Positions 1-9,541 of a DNA stretch of 64,000 nucleotides are shown piece by piece. The stretch covers positions 59,301-123,300 of the forward strand of contig JAIRQO010000061.1 of assembly GCA_031256435.1 (NCBI GenBank), in the 5' to 3' direction. Under the pieces are notes generated by a model. It had not been told where the DNA came from, did not search any database, and worked only from the letters and a program-made list of their open reading frames with translations. This DNA is from Cellulomonadaceae bacterium. GTDB lineage: Bacteria > Actinomycetota > Actinomycetes > Actinomycetales > Cellulomonadaceae. The position numbers and the translations under genes are program-made. How positions within the stretch are numbered: position 1 is the first letter of the stretch; every line of letters begins with the position of its first letter.

Positions 1-1593
1 AGTTCCACGGGTTGGCTTGCGAGGCGAGTTCGGGCTCGTTGTAGCCGTCCTTACCATTCCACGTTTGGACGTACTTGGTCACCTCCACGGACGGGGTGCA
101 TTCCAGGAAGATCTGGTGCTTGATGGCATCGGCGGCTTCCTTGAAGCCACTCGTGATGACGGCGTCATTACTGGCTACGGCCTCAAGGTTGGGTTGCGCC
201 TTGCCCACAGGGCCTACGCCCAGAACCGAGATGCGCGTTCCCTTGCTCTTCAGCAGGTTGGCCGACGCAATGGCCCGCTCGGTGTAGTAGAAGAACGGGT
301 TCTGGTTGTATGTGAAGTTTGCGTCACTCACGGTGGGCATGCCATCGGTCACAAACACGGCCAGGTCATACTTCTGACTTCCCGTCAACTCGCTTGCTAC
401 GGTGTTGAACGCACGATCCCAGTTGGTGCCACCAGCGCTGGTGCCGGTGGATTTCTGGACGTCTCCTTTGGTGTCAACATTGCCACTGTGACTGAAGGCG
501 ATGGCATCAATCTTCTTCTTCAGGGTTTCCGTCCCGCCCGAGGTTCCCGGGGTCAGTTCCGTCAGACCCGTTTTCTCCTTCACGGTGACAGTGTGGAAGC
601 TGAAGAGGTCCATCTTCATGGAGGAATCATTGAAGGAGGTCACAAAACTCTTGGCCGCGTTCTTGACGTCATCCACGGCTTTGGCGTTGGTGATGGAGTT
701 GGAGGTGTCCAGAATCATGGCCACCTTGAGGCCCTTACACGTTTCCGGCATGGCCGGGTTGTTGCGCGAGATGGCCCACACACCCAGGGAACGCGTATCC
801 CCGGAATCAGACTTCATGAAGTCGGCACCAGATTGGTAGGTTTTTCCCGCTGCGAGTGCAGGGGCCTGGTAGGCGTAATCACTTTGGGTGGGGCTGGAAT
901 CTGATCCGGCGGCGAGTGCCGGGTTGAGGAAGTACCCCTTGGGTGCGGCAATGGCCTTGACAAAGTACTGCTTGCCGTTATTGGCTCCGGCGGCCACCGT
1001 CCCGGATTTCGCTTGAGTGTTAGGTACGGCAAACACGGCCTTGCCATCAGCACCAGATATTGCCACGGCCCAGTTATCAGCAGGGCAATCCTTCTCGGTA
1101 CCGCTGACGAGTTTGTAGCTGTAGGGAGCCTTGTCAGTGCGCGTAAAAAGACCGAAGGTCACGCCTGCGAGGGGGGTGCTGGTGGCCGTGCCGTTGCGCT
1201 CGTCTCCGGCGGTTACAATGATCCGGGCCGTGGTGGCATCAACGGCTGGCGGGTTGAACGCTCCACAGGAAGGCGCGGTGACTTCGGCCATCAACCCGCC
1301 AACGTTGGCCGTCAGCGAGGATACGGACACGGGAAGCGCGGACAGCACCTTGGACGCCACCTCGCTGGAGAGGCCCGCACTGGCGGCAATCTCTCCGGGA
1401 AGCTTTCCTGCCACGGTGTTCTGGTTGGCGTGCATGCCTGTGGTGGCAAGGTGGGGTGTTCCGGGACCGGAAAGCAACGGTGAAGCAAGCAGCGCGCCTG
1501 CGGTGACCAACGCAATGGCGGTCACGCCTACGGCCGGAATCCGGCGCTTGGCCAGGAAGTGTGTCACGGCCCGCACCCGCGAGCCTTTGACAT
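1..1593 (-). CDS. vWA-domain pilus tip adhesin / surface protein, 5' part only (runs off window start)
   Basis: Manual minus-strand translation from ATG at 1593 (GGAG 5-6 nt upstream) is open to position 1. Hydrophobic signal region (IPAVGVTAIALVTAGALLA), pilin-like segment (PLAGVTFGLF..YFVKAIAAPKGY), vWA MIDAS motifs MILDTSNS, GGTNWDRA, VFVTDG. Not in the ORF track because it has no stop in the window. Confidence 0.8.
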
Positions 1594-1843
1594 CAGTTCT
1601 CCGTTGACTGTTCATCGTTTCACCCCTTTGGCAGCCGCTTTGCTACCACTATGGACATTGACACACGCCGCGTTACGTGAATCACATTTCAGAGTACCCG
1701 CAAGTGACGGGAATCACAAGGGGCTCACAGAGATTCAAGGACACAATATGGATACGGTCAAGGAACCGTTGGGGCACCGTCAAACCCGAGGTGACATGTG
1801 GTCAAAGATGTGCCGAGAAAACCAAGTTTCCGCACCGAGTTGG

Positions 1844-1886
1844 CCCCCGCCTGCTCTGCCGAAAAGACCCCCGTCTGCTCTGCCGA
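1844..1886. repeat. Two 19-nt tandem copies CCCCCGYCTGCTCTGCCGA (period 24)
   Basis: Copies at 1844-1862 and 1868-1886, one mismatch. Confidence 0.8.
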
Positions 1887-1903
1887 GCAAACCTCCGCCC
1901 CCA

Positions 1904-1963
1904 GCCGAACCCCGGATTACTCTGGCTAACGGGACTCTTTTCCAGAGCAATCCAGGGTTCGGC
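1904..1963. repeat. 22-bp imperfect inverted repeat (hairpin) upstream of the adhesin gene
   Basis: GCCGAACCCCGGATTACTCTGG (1904-1925) pairs with CCAGAGCAATCCAGGGTTCGGC (1942-1963); 2 mismatches, 16-nt loop. Confidence 0.8.
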
Positions 1964-2055
1964 GGTGATGGCGGGGCGGGCTTGAGGGTTCGGTAGTGGG
2001 GCCAGCCAGCCAGGCCGAGGCTCCGGCCTTCCATGGTATCCAGGCAGGCACGGCA

Positions 2056-2081
2056 AAGGCCCCGCATTGCTGCGGGGCCTT
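2056..2081 (-). terminator. Probable intrinsic terminator of the DUF937 gene
   Basis: 11-bp stem AAGGCCCCGCA-ttgc-TGCGGGGCCTT about 22 nt past the stop; short T-run on the minus strand. Confidence 0.7.
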
Positions 2082-2103
2082 CGTCGAACGGAAAGGTGCT
2101 AGA

Positions 2104-2733
2104 TCAGCGGGTTCCACCACCGAGCAGGCCACCCAGGCTGCCGAGGATGTTGCTGATGTCCATGCCGCCTGCGGAACTCTGCTTGGAGCCGCCGCCAAAG
2201 ATGCTGGAAATGATGGAGCCGAGGCCGCCACCGGCGGACTGCTGGGCGCCGCCGCCACCAAGGATGGATCCGAGGATGGAGGAGATGTCAATGCCGCCTG
2301 CCGGAGCGCTGGCGTCAATGCCGGCCGCCTTGCCGCCGCCGGACATCATTTTGGCAATCCAACTCATGGCCACGGGTGCCAAGGTGGGGAGCAACTTGCT
2401 GATGAGGCCGGAGCCAGCACCGGTGACCTCGCCCAGTTTGGCAACAACTTGATCCTGGTTTTCACCGAAGATGTGGGAGGCAATCTTGGCGCCGTCTTCC
2501 GTGTTGACGTCATCCAACTTCACGCCGCCGTCTACCAGATCGGCCGAGTGGCTTTCCAGAGCCTTGGTCAGCGAGGAGGCTGCAGCCGGGTCCTTGGCGT
2601 TGGCTTCCAAGCCACCAAGAATGGCGGGAATCAGGCCGGACACGGCCTTCTCAGCAGTGGCGCCGTCCACACCGAACTTCGCTGCAATATCATCAATGGG
2701 TAGTGCCTTCAGAAGGTCTTCCAAGCCAGCCAT
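2104..2733 (-). CDS. DUF937 (YidB-like) family protein
   Basis: LLKALPIDDIAAKFGVDGATAEKAVSGLIPAILGGL..N, 'DGAKIASHIFG' and Gly-rich 'LGSILGG' tail typical of DUF937. Confidence 0.8.
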   Translation of the reverse strand: MAGLEDLLKALPIDDIAAKFGVDGATAEKAVSGLIPAILGGLEANAKDPAAASSLTKALESHSADLVDGGVKLDDVNTEDGAKIASHIFGENQDQVVAKLGEVTGAGSGLISKLLPTLAPVAMSWIAKMMSGGGKAAGIDASAPAGGIDISSILGSILGGGGAQQSAGGGLGSIISSIFGGGSKQSSAGGMDISNILGSLGGLLGGGTR

Positions 2734-3096
2734 AGTGTCACTCCGTGAGTTGAGGGCGCTCCCTATGAGCGCGCTGCCCCCACTCTAGTGCGGGGGTGGG
2801 AGATGAAACGCTCAGACACCCCCACGGCGCCAGTGAGATATCTGACATGGGCGCAGGGTGGAGGCGCGCGCCTTGCCCCAGGTTGTTGCGGGCGTCTCCC
2901 CGCCAACAACGCGCCACCGTGTCACGCCGGGAACCTCGTCCATATCACCCCTGTGGTCTAGAGTGTGCGCGTGACTGATTCTGCTGTTCCCTCGTCTTCT
3001 CCTGCTGTACTCGTGCCCGACGATGCTGCGGCCACCGTTGGCCTTGGCGTTGTTGCCTCCCCCGCTGCCGGATCGCAGGAAGAATTGCCCATCAAG

Positions 3097-3390
3097 ATGC
3101 TCTTTGACCGCTTGTTGGTGGACCCGGAAAAGGACTCCTCGGAGCGCCATTCCGCTGAGGGCTTGGTCATCCCCGTGACAGCGCAGGGTCCCAAGCGTCT
3201 TGCCTGGGCGGTGGTCCGAGCCAAAGGTGAAAACGTGCGGCAAGTGGATGTAGGTGACCGCGTGTTGTTTGATCCCGAGGATCGTGCCGAGGTGGAGTTT
3301 GGTGGAACGGACTACGTGCTGCTGCGCGAGCGGGATCTCCACGGCGTACGCAAGAAGCCCGATGCCGGGTCCACGGGGTTGTACCTCTAG
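3097..3390 (+). CDS. groES: GroES/Cpn10 family co-chaperonin (stand-alone paralogue)
   Basis: MLFDRLLV..GLVIP..V.VGDRVLF..EVEFGGTDYVLLRERDL matches Cpn10. The start may be further upstream (ORF from 2965). Confidence 0.8.
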   Translation: MLFDRLLVDPEKDSSERHSAEGLVIPVTAQGPKRLAWAVVRAKGENVRQVDVGDRVLFDPEDRAEVEFGGTDYVLLRERDLHGVRKKPDAGSTGLYL

Positions 3391-3429
3391 GGTGCCGGCT
3401 GCGGGTTGGGCGGTGCCCGGGGTTGGGGT

Positions 3430-3514
3430 GCCGCTGGGGTTGGTGTGCCGCCAGAGGCCGAGCACTGGCAGTGATCAGTTGCCGCTGGGGTTGGTGTGCC
3501 GCTGGGGTTGGTGT
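3430..3514. repeat. 17-bp repeat GCCGCTGGGGTTGGTGT x3 between convergent genes
   Basis: Exact copies at 3430-3446, 3481-3497 and 3498-3514, with degenerate copies nearby. Confidence 0.8.
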
Positions 3515-3558
3515 GCCGGGGGGGGTTGGTGCGTCGGCGGCTTGGGTGCCGCCAGTGG

Positions 3559-4194
3559 CTACTGTGCTATCCCAGGCGCGGCACCACTGCGGTCCCGGTT
3601 GACCGCCCACGCTGCAAAAATCCCTGCGGCGGCACCGCACAGGTGGCCCTGCCAGGACACTCCGGGCCGCAGAGGCAGTACTCCCCACAGCACGGACCCG
3701 TAGGTCACCAGTACCACCACGCCGAGCGCGAGTTCGCCAAAGTGCTTGCTGTACCAGCCACGAACAATCGCGTACGTCACCAGGCCGAACACCACCCCTG
3801 ACGCACCAATCGTCACGGTTCGAGGAGGCGCAATGAGCCACGTACCTAACCCGCCCACCAGCCAGATGATGATGGTGGCCTCGATCCCTCGTCGAAAATC
3901 CGTCACGAGAACCACAAACCCCACCACCATCAATGGCACGGTGTTGGCAATGAGGTGAATCCAGCCGAGGTGCAACAGCGGTGAAAACACCACGCCCCGC
4001 AGCCCCACCAGGCTCCGCGCCACAATGCCGAACTGATCCAGGTTGACCCCAGGGAACGTGTCAATCAACTCCAGCACCCACATGGCGCCCACCAGGATTC
4101 CCACGGCGATTCCCGCGCGCTGCCACACAGGCCGCGGTGTGGTGGCGTTCTGTTTACCCGTGTACTTCCCTACTGGCATTGCTCTGCCAGCCAA
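3559..4194 (-). CDS. Rhomboid family intramembrane serine protease
   Basis: HLGWIHLIAN, GASG catalytic Ser motif, SWQGHLCG catalytic His motif, multiple TM helices. Confidence 0.9.
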   Translation of the reverse strand: MAGRAMPVGKYTGKQNATTPRPVWQRAGIAVGILVGAMWVLELIDTFPGVNLDQFGIVARSLVGLRGVVFSPLLHLGWIHLIANTVPLMVVGFVVLVTDFRRGIEATIIIWLVGGLGTWLIAPPRTVTIGASGVVFGLVTYAIVRGWYSKHFGELALGVVVLVTYGSVLWGVLPLRPGVSWQGHLCGAAAGIFAAWAVNRDRSGAAPGIAQ

Positions 4195-4655
4195 TCTGCC
4201 AAGGCGTTGCGGGCGTCCTCATCCCCAGTGCCGTTGATGATGGACTCGGCGGCGTTCTTCATGGTCTCATTGGTGATGTTGTTGTAGATGGCGCTGGCGA
4301 GCGCCCGTGCCGCCGCTCCTCCCCCGCGAATCCCCTCCACGCCCACGGCGCCGAGTGAACACAACGCCTCCGAGGCAAACTGGCCGGTGGGCATCGTCGA
4401 GGTGGGAGAGGGTGACGTGGTGGGGGTTTCCGAGGTGGGAGACTCTGCAGTGGGGCTTCCCGCGCCGGTGTTTCCCTCAGCGGCCCCCTCACCTGGCGAT
4501 TGCGTGACATACACGGTCACCGTGGGCGCCGGTTCACTAACCCCGCTCAGGCCACCCGCACACCCTGCCAACGCTGCGCCGCACGCGGCAACTGCCACGG
4601 TGGCGGCAGCAACGGCCGCTCGCTGACGGCGATTCTCCTGGGGAGTGTGTTCCAT
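4170..4655 (-). CDS. Hypothetical lipoprotein with Pro/Thr/Ser-rich linker
   Basis: Basic N-terminus, hydrophobic stretch, lipobox LAGC, TVTVYVT and S/T/P-rich linker. Confidence 0.65.
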   Translation of the reverse strand: MEHTPQENRRQRAAVAAATVAVAACGAALAGCAGGLSGVSEPAPTVTVYVTQSPGEGAAEGNTGAGSPTAESPTSETPTTSPSPTSTMPTGQFASEALCSLGAVGVEGIRGGGAAARALASAIYNNITNETMKNAAESIINGTGDEDARNALADWLAEQCQ

Positions 4656-4817
4656 GCCTCCATCCTAGGCGGTGCCTACCACCGTGGTGGCGCGGGGTGG
4701 GGAATCTGTTGGAGCACGCATCACGGCGGCAGTGATGCTCGGTAACAATTCGGCGATGTAAAACGTTTTCGGCGCGGCGATGTGCGGCTGCGCGCGTGGC
4801 GGTGCTGTGATGAATCC

Positions 4818-6194
4818 ATGCCGAGCACTGACTCCATGCCGAGCACTGACGCTGCCGCCCCCTCCCTGTGGCGATTCCTGCTGAACCTGCACGGAAACCC
4901 GCGGGCGTGCGTGTGGACGGAACCCATGTGGGGCCTGTCCATGGCGCTGGTATTGCCGTACGCCTCGGTGTTCATGCTGGCCATGGGCCTGCGCGACGAA
5001 CAAGTGGGCTTCCTCGCTACTGCGGGCGTTGCCTCGCAGATGATCTGGGGGTTTGCCTCGGGTGTTCTCACGGACGTTCTGGGACGGCGCCGCACGCTGT
5101 TCATCTTTGACATCATCACGTGGGTGGTGCCGTCCATCATCTGGGCGCTGGCGCAGAACTTTTGGTTCTTCCTTGCTGCCGCGCTCATCAACGGCGTGGT
5201 CCAAGTTCCCGCCAACGCATGGGATTGCCTCATGGTGGAGGATGCCGAGCGCGAGGACATCCCCAAGATCTACTCGCTGGTGGGAGTGGCGTCCAACTGC
5301 GCGGCGTTCCTCCTGCCCATCAGCGCATTGCTGGTGTCCCAGTGGGGCCTGGTCCACGCCGTGCGGATTCTGTACGTGAACGCCGCCGTGGTGATGATGG
5401 CCAAGATTCTGATCTTGTACCGCTTCTCTACGGAGACGCGTCAGGGGAAAATCCGGATGCAGGAGACCAAGGGCGTTCCACTCAGGGTGCTCTTTGGCGG
5501 CTACCGGCATGTGGTGCGCAGGTTGATTCTTGCCAAGCGGGGGGCGTTGTTTGCGCTGGTCATCATGGCGCTAGTGGCTGCCGTCACGCTGGTCACGGGC
5601 GCCTTTTGGCCCGTGGTGGTCACACAACACCTGGGCGTCCCGGATGCCATGTTGCCGTTCTTCCCCATGGCCCGGTCACTCTTGGCCATCGTGTTCTACT
5701 TCACGGTTATCCCTCGTCTGCTGAAGGCGGTGGACTTGAAACACCCGACGATGTGGGGGTTTGCCGCATGGCTCCTGGGACAAGCCATTGTGGTGGCCAT
5801 CCCCGCGCACTCCACCGCCAGCGCGGCTGTGTACGTGGCCCTAGCCGGGACCGTCATTCTGGACTCCTTTGGTGCTGGCATCCTATTCATGCTGTCCGAA
5901 TCCCTGGTAGCCCTGCACGTGGATGAAGCCGAACGGTCCCGAGTCATGGCGGTGCAACGCACTGCGGTGATGCTGGCGTCAGCGCCCTTTGGCTGGATTG
6001 CCGGGTGGCTGTCCGGAATGGACCGCGTGTACCCGTTTGTGTTGACCTCGGCCTTGTTGCTGGCAGGCTTGTTGTTGGCTGCGTTGCGGTGGGTTCCCAC
6101 GGGCGGTGGGGTTGCGGAGGGTGGTGCTGCCGAGAGTGCGGGTTCTCCAGCGGACGGGGTCACGGCGCCATCGCCCGAGGAACAATCCGTATAA
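4818..6194 (+). CDS. MFS transporter
   Basis: About 12 TM segments and motif A (GVLTDVLGRRRTL). Start taken at the MPSTD ATG. Confidence 0.9.
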   Translation: MPSTDSMPSTDAAAPSLWRFLLNLHGNPRACVWTEPMWGLSMALVLPYASVFMLAMGLRDEQVGFLATAGVASQMIWGFASGVLTDVLGRRRTLFIFDIITWVVPSIIWALAQNFWFFLAAALINGVVQVPANAWDCLMVEDAEREDIPKIYSLVGVASNCAAFLLPISALLVSQWGLVHAVRILYVNAAVVMMAKILILYRFSTETRQGKIRMQETKGVPLRVLFGGYRHVVRRLILAKRGALFALVIMALVAAVTLVTGAFWPVVVTQHLGVPDAMLPFFPMARSLLAIVFYFTVIPRLLKAVDLKHPTMWGFAAWLLGQAIVVAIPAHSTASAAVYVALAGTVILDSFGAGILFMLSESLVALHVDEAERSRVMAVQRTAVMLASAPFGWIAGWLSGMDRVYPFVLTSALLLAGLLLAALRWVPTGGGVAEGGAAESAGSPADGVTAPSPEEQSV

Positions 6195-6285
6195 CAAAGG
6201 CCGGTCCACCTCGGAATCGAGGTGAACCGGCCAGTAAGGGTGTGCCCAAAGGCGGGCGCAGACCTGATGAGACGAGGCGTGAAGC

Positions 6286-6615
6286 CTAGTTGATCGTCGT
6301 CGGGCCTTGGAAGGCAGGGCCCTGATAGGCGGGGTATTCCACGCGGACGGCCTGCACCACGGGCGCGGTGCGCTCGGACGGGATGAGGAACCACAGGGCA
6401 ATGTAGGCGATGACCTGCGGGCCGGGCAGAAATACGGACAGGACGGTGAGGAACCGGACCAGCAGGCGGCTGACGCCGAGGTAATCGGCCACGCCGGCGC
6501 ACACGCCGCCAAAGATGCGGCCATCGGCCGGGCGGATCATGCGCTTGGAAGTGCCGTCCTCGTTCTTGCCAATGCGGCTGAACCAGGCGGTGATTGAGTT
6601 CTTGGTGTCTTCCAT
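6286..6615 (-). CDS. PspC domain-containing membrane protein
   Basis: RPADGRIFGGVCAGVADYLG..VRFL..YIALWFLIP is the PspC signature. Confidence 0.9.
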   Translation of the reverse strand: MEDTKNSITAWFSRIGKNEDGTSKRMIRPADGRIFGGVCAGVADYLGVSRLLVRFLTVLSVFLPGPQVIAYIALWFLIPSERTAPVVQAVRVEYPAYQGPAFQGPTTIN

Positions 6616-6770
6616 GATGTTCTCCTTGGTGAGAGTGATTTCGTTGTTAGTGCGAACGGTGCGGGTGACGGTCACGCTGCCCCGTTCGATGCCTCAAGTT
6701 TTCCAGGTCTGCCGGGTGCCCTGCGATTGGGTATCGCCCTGGTTCAACCCTGAGCCGACCCTGACGTGCC

Positions 6771-6810
6771 GGGTGGGTGGCCCTGGGTGGGTGGCCCGGG
6801 TGGGTGGCCC
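6771..6810. repeat. 13-bp repeat GGGTGGGTGGCCC x3
   Basis: Copies at 6771-6783, 6785-6797 and 6798-6810. Confidence 0.8.
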
Positions 6811-6975
6811 TGGGTGCAGGCCCCTGCGGTGTACCCGGGTGACCACCTTGGCCCATCCGCCCTCCCCCGCTCCACCCAACTGACCACGGGAGCCAATCCG
6901 CCCTCCCTTCCGCCGTGGGGGTGCGCTCGTACGCGTCTGACCCTCCGTACGCGTACCACCACACCCCCACGGGAT

Positions 6976-7016
6976 AGTGGGGTCGGGAAAGTGGGGTCGG
7001 GAAAGTGGGGTCAGGA
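6976..7016. repeat. 14-bp tandem repeat AGTGGGGTCGGGAA x~3 upstream of the SDR gene
   Basis: Copies at 6976-6989 and 6990-7003, degenerate copy at 7004-7016. Confidence 0.8.
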
Positions 7017-7069
7017 CGCCTCCGGGGTGGCTACTCGGGTTGGGGGCGAGTGTCCGTCAGAGTAGTGCC

Positions 7070-7855
7070 ATGACGTTCGACGATCTTCAGGGCAAAGTGG
7101 CACTCATCACCGGAGCGGCAGGTGGGATAGGCGCGGCTACCGCTGCGGCGTTCTTGGCTCAAGGCGCCAAGGTGGCGTTGGTAGATGTGAATCCTGCGGT
7201 ACTAGACGCGGTGGTTGCGAAACTCAGCGCAACGTATGACGCAGCTGACATCCACGCCATCACGGCAGACGTATCCCAGGAGGCGGACGTTAAGGCATAC
7301 GTGGAGGAGACGGTGCGAGTGTTCGGCACCATCGATGTGTTCTTCAACAACGCCGGAATTGAAGGCGTAGTGGCACCTCTGGTGGACCAGACCATGGAGG
7401 ACTTTGACCGCGTGATGGCTATCAACGTGCGCGGTTCCTTCATGGGATTGAAGTACGTGTTGCCGGTGATGTATGCCAAGAAGTCTGGCTCGGTCATCAA
7501 CATGAGTTCCATCGGTGGCTTGGTGGCGGGCCCGGCTCCCGTCACGCCGTACGTCACGTCAAAGTTTGCGATCACCGGGCTGACTCGGTTGGCAGCGAAC
7601 GAATCCGCTGCTCACGGTGTTCGCGTCAACTCGGTGCACCCCTCCCCTGTGGACACCGAGATGATGCGACGCATCGAGGAAGGCGCTGCACCGGGTGCGG
7701 CCAGCGCAGCCAAAGAAGGCATCGCCGCCGGAATCCCATGGGGCCGATACGCCAAACCCGAGGAAATCGCCAACGCCGTGGTGTGGCTCGGCTCCGACGC
7801 CTCCAGTTTCGTCGTCGGAGACCAACTCCGCATCGACGGCAGCCAACTGAGCTGA
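7070..7855 (+). CDS. SDR family NAD(P)-dependent oxidoreductase
   Basis: TGAAGGIG, NNAG, YVTSK catalytic motif, VRVNSVHP. Confidence 0.92.
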   Translation: MTFDDLQGKVALITGAAGGIGAATAAAFLAQGAKVALVDVNPAVLDAVVAKLSATYDAADIHAITADVSQEADVKAYVEETVRVFGTIDVFFNNAGIEGVVAPLVDQTMEDFDRVMAINVRGSFMGLKYVLPVMYAKKSGSVINMSSIGGLVAGPAPVTPYVTSKFAITGLTRLAANESAAHGVRVNSVHPSPVDTEMMRRIEEGAAPGAASAAKEGIAAGIPWGRYAKPEEIANAVVWLGSDASSFVVGDQLRIDGSQLS

Positions 7856-7903
7856 ACTGAGTTGATGGGCGAACAGCCTGATAAGTCGGACGGTTGAGCG
7901 CCG

Positions 7904-7943
7904 GGCGGTTGAGCCAAGCGCTTCAGCGCTGCCGGTCGAAACC
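7904..7943 (+). repeat. REP-like element, GGTTGAGCCA-hairpin-CCGGTCGAAACC family
   Basis: GGCGGTTGAGCCAAGCGCTTCAGCGCTGCCGGTCGAAACC; same ends as the copies at 16059 and 63112; internal AGCGCT palindromes. Confidence 0.75.
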
Positions 7944-7980
7944 CCCGGCAGTCAAGACAACTCCAGACAAACTCCCGCGT

Positions 7981-8202
7981 TCACGCAGCCACAGGGTGCG
8001 GCTCCAGCGCGTCGTCCTCCACAAGAATCGGTACTGCGGTGTAGAGGTCAACGTTGGCCATGGCTTGGGTGCTTTCGCGAATAGGCAGACCATGATGCTG
8101 AGAAATCTTCACGCTCGCCTTGGCATTGAGAATCGCAAATCGAGTAGCGAAATACGCCCTCTCACCAATGTGAATCTCATAGACCTTCTTCATGTTCATC
8201 AT
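7981..8202 (-). CDS. Small hypothetical protein
   Basis: 73-aa ORF with ATG start and plausible composition; no family recognised. Confidence 0.4.
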   Translation of the reverse strand: MMNMKKVYEIHIGERAYFATRFAILNAKASVKISQHHGLPIRESTQAMANVDLYTAVPILVEDDALEPHPVAA

Positions 8203-8564
8203 TCTACCTACTTGAGGTCATACCCAGTATTGCCTTGTGCGGCTGTCAGGGGAGCGTCCAGAATGGCGCTGGTGATCCCCGCTTCGGTATTTCCCGCGAG
8301 GGGGCTTCTCAAAGACACTTCATTACTCACCATGGAGGCACTGTGCCCCACCCTCACAGCGGTCCGCAAGTGCCTTTCAGAAATCTGTGGATAACTGGAT
8401 ATCGCCCAAGGCCTGGTGACATCCGATAGGTTGCCTGTTCACCGGCGTGCGTGGCCCAATCTTGACGCCCTAACGAGACTGAAGAAATATCCGCCTCAAC
8501 CCATCCGCGACGAGCCCTCCTGCGGATACAGAGGTGCGCCGCTGAATATCGCAAGGGCTCCGGG

Positions 8565-9539
8565 TTATTCGCCGGGAGAGTGAATGACGCCGTGGTAGTC
8601 CACGTAGCGGCACGGAGGGAGCATGGGTTGCTCCTCAAGGCTGCTGAGTGCTTCGAGCGTCCGGGCGCGGAGATTCTCGTCTGCGTCGTACAACCACGGG
8701 CTGGTGACTGTTCGCCTCACATTGTCAATGAGATCCTGCCAATCAGCCTTTAGCGTCACATGAGGAGGGAGCCATGGCGTCAGCCACTCGAAATCGTCGC
8801 CCATGGCCTCAGCTGACCACCCTGGCCAGTGCCGAGAAAAGTAGGGCTGCATGCGGTCGTATGCGTCAATTGACCACCACTGGACTGTACGGGTGGATGG
8901 ATCGACGAGAGCCCCCCAACCTTCGCCACGGTCACAGCCCACGGTCATCTCCACGGGATCATCGCTCGCTTCCTGTGCCACCGAGAGAATGTTCTCCACC
9001 GGAATCTCGGGGAAGTCGGCGAATATCGAATCGACGAAGACGCAGACACTCTGGTGGGAACTCAACCGGACCACCACTGGGCCATGATGGCCACTGGTGC
9101 GCGCCAAGGTTTCCACGTATCCAGGGATGGAACTAGGTCCCATGGTGTGACACGCACCCATCAATTCCACCGGCACACCAAGGTACGCCGCAATTCCCTC
9201 CGGCCCCACGGGAGACCATACTGCGGTCCACCCCGACCACGTCACCTCATAGAGGTAGTTGGAGATTCGAGGCAGAGGATTGGTGTCCGGCTCCGCGCAC
9301 CACATGACAACACGGTTGACTTCATCGATGAGCAGTCCACCTCCGTCCAACCACTGAAATGCGTGCGCGCCGTCCACCAGGGCGAGATCGAGGGGTTCAT
9401 ACTCGGCATACTTGGCACGCATGCCCTGGTGTCCCGCAACCACGGGGTTAATAGCCATGTGCTGCGCCGCCGTGCGGTCAAAGTAGGCGTTGAGGCTCCC
9501 ATCCCGGCTCTTGATGAAGATTGCTGCTCGCGAACCCAT
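8565..9539 (-). CDS. Hypothetical protein (MGSRAAIFIK..WLDGGGLLIDEVNRVVMW)
   Basis: ATG at 9539 lies 2 nt after the stop of the upstream NimA-like gene; coding-like sequence; family not named. Confidence 0.75.
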   Translation of the reverse strand: MGSRAAIFIKSRDGSLNAYFDRTAAQHMAINPVVAGHQGMRAKYAEYEPLDLALVDGAHAFQWLDGGGLLIDEVNRVVMWCAEPDTNPLPRISNYLYEVTWSGWTAVWSPVGPEGIAAYLGVPVELMGACHTMGPSSIPGYVETLARTSGHHGPVVVRLSSHQSVCVFVDSIFADFPEIPVENILSVAQEASDDPVEMTVGCDRGEGWGALVDPSTRTVQWWSIDAYDRMQPYFSRHWPGWSAEAMGDDFEWLTPWLPPHVTLKADWQDLIDNVRRTVTSPWLYDADENLRARTLEALSSLEEQPMLPPCRYVDYHGVIHSPGE

Positions 9540-9541
9540 GG

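Noticed and set aside
17-1607. Plus-strand ORFs 17-904, 1013-1483 and 1131-1607
   Set aside because: Antisense shadows of the minus-strand vWA adhesin.
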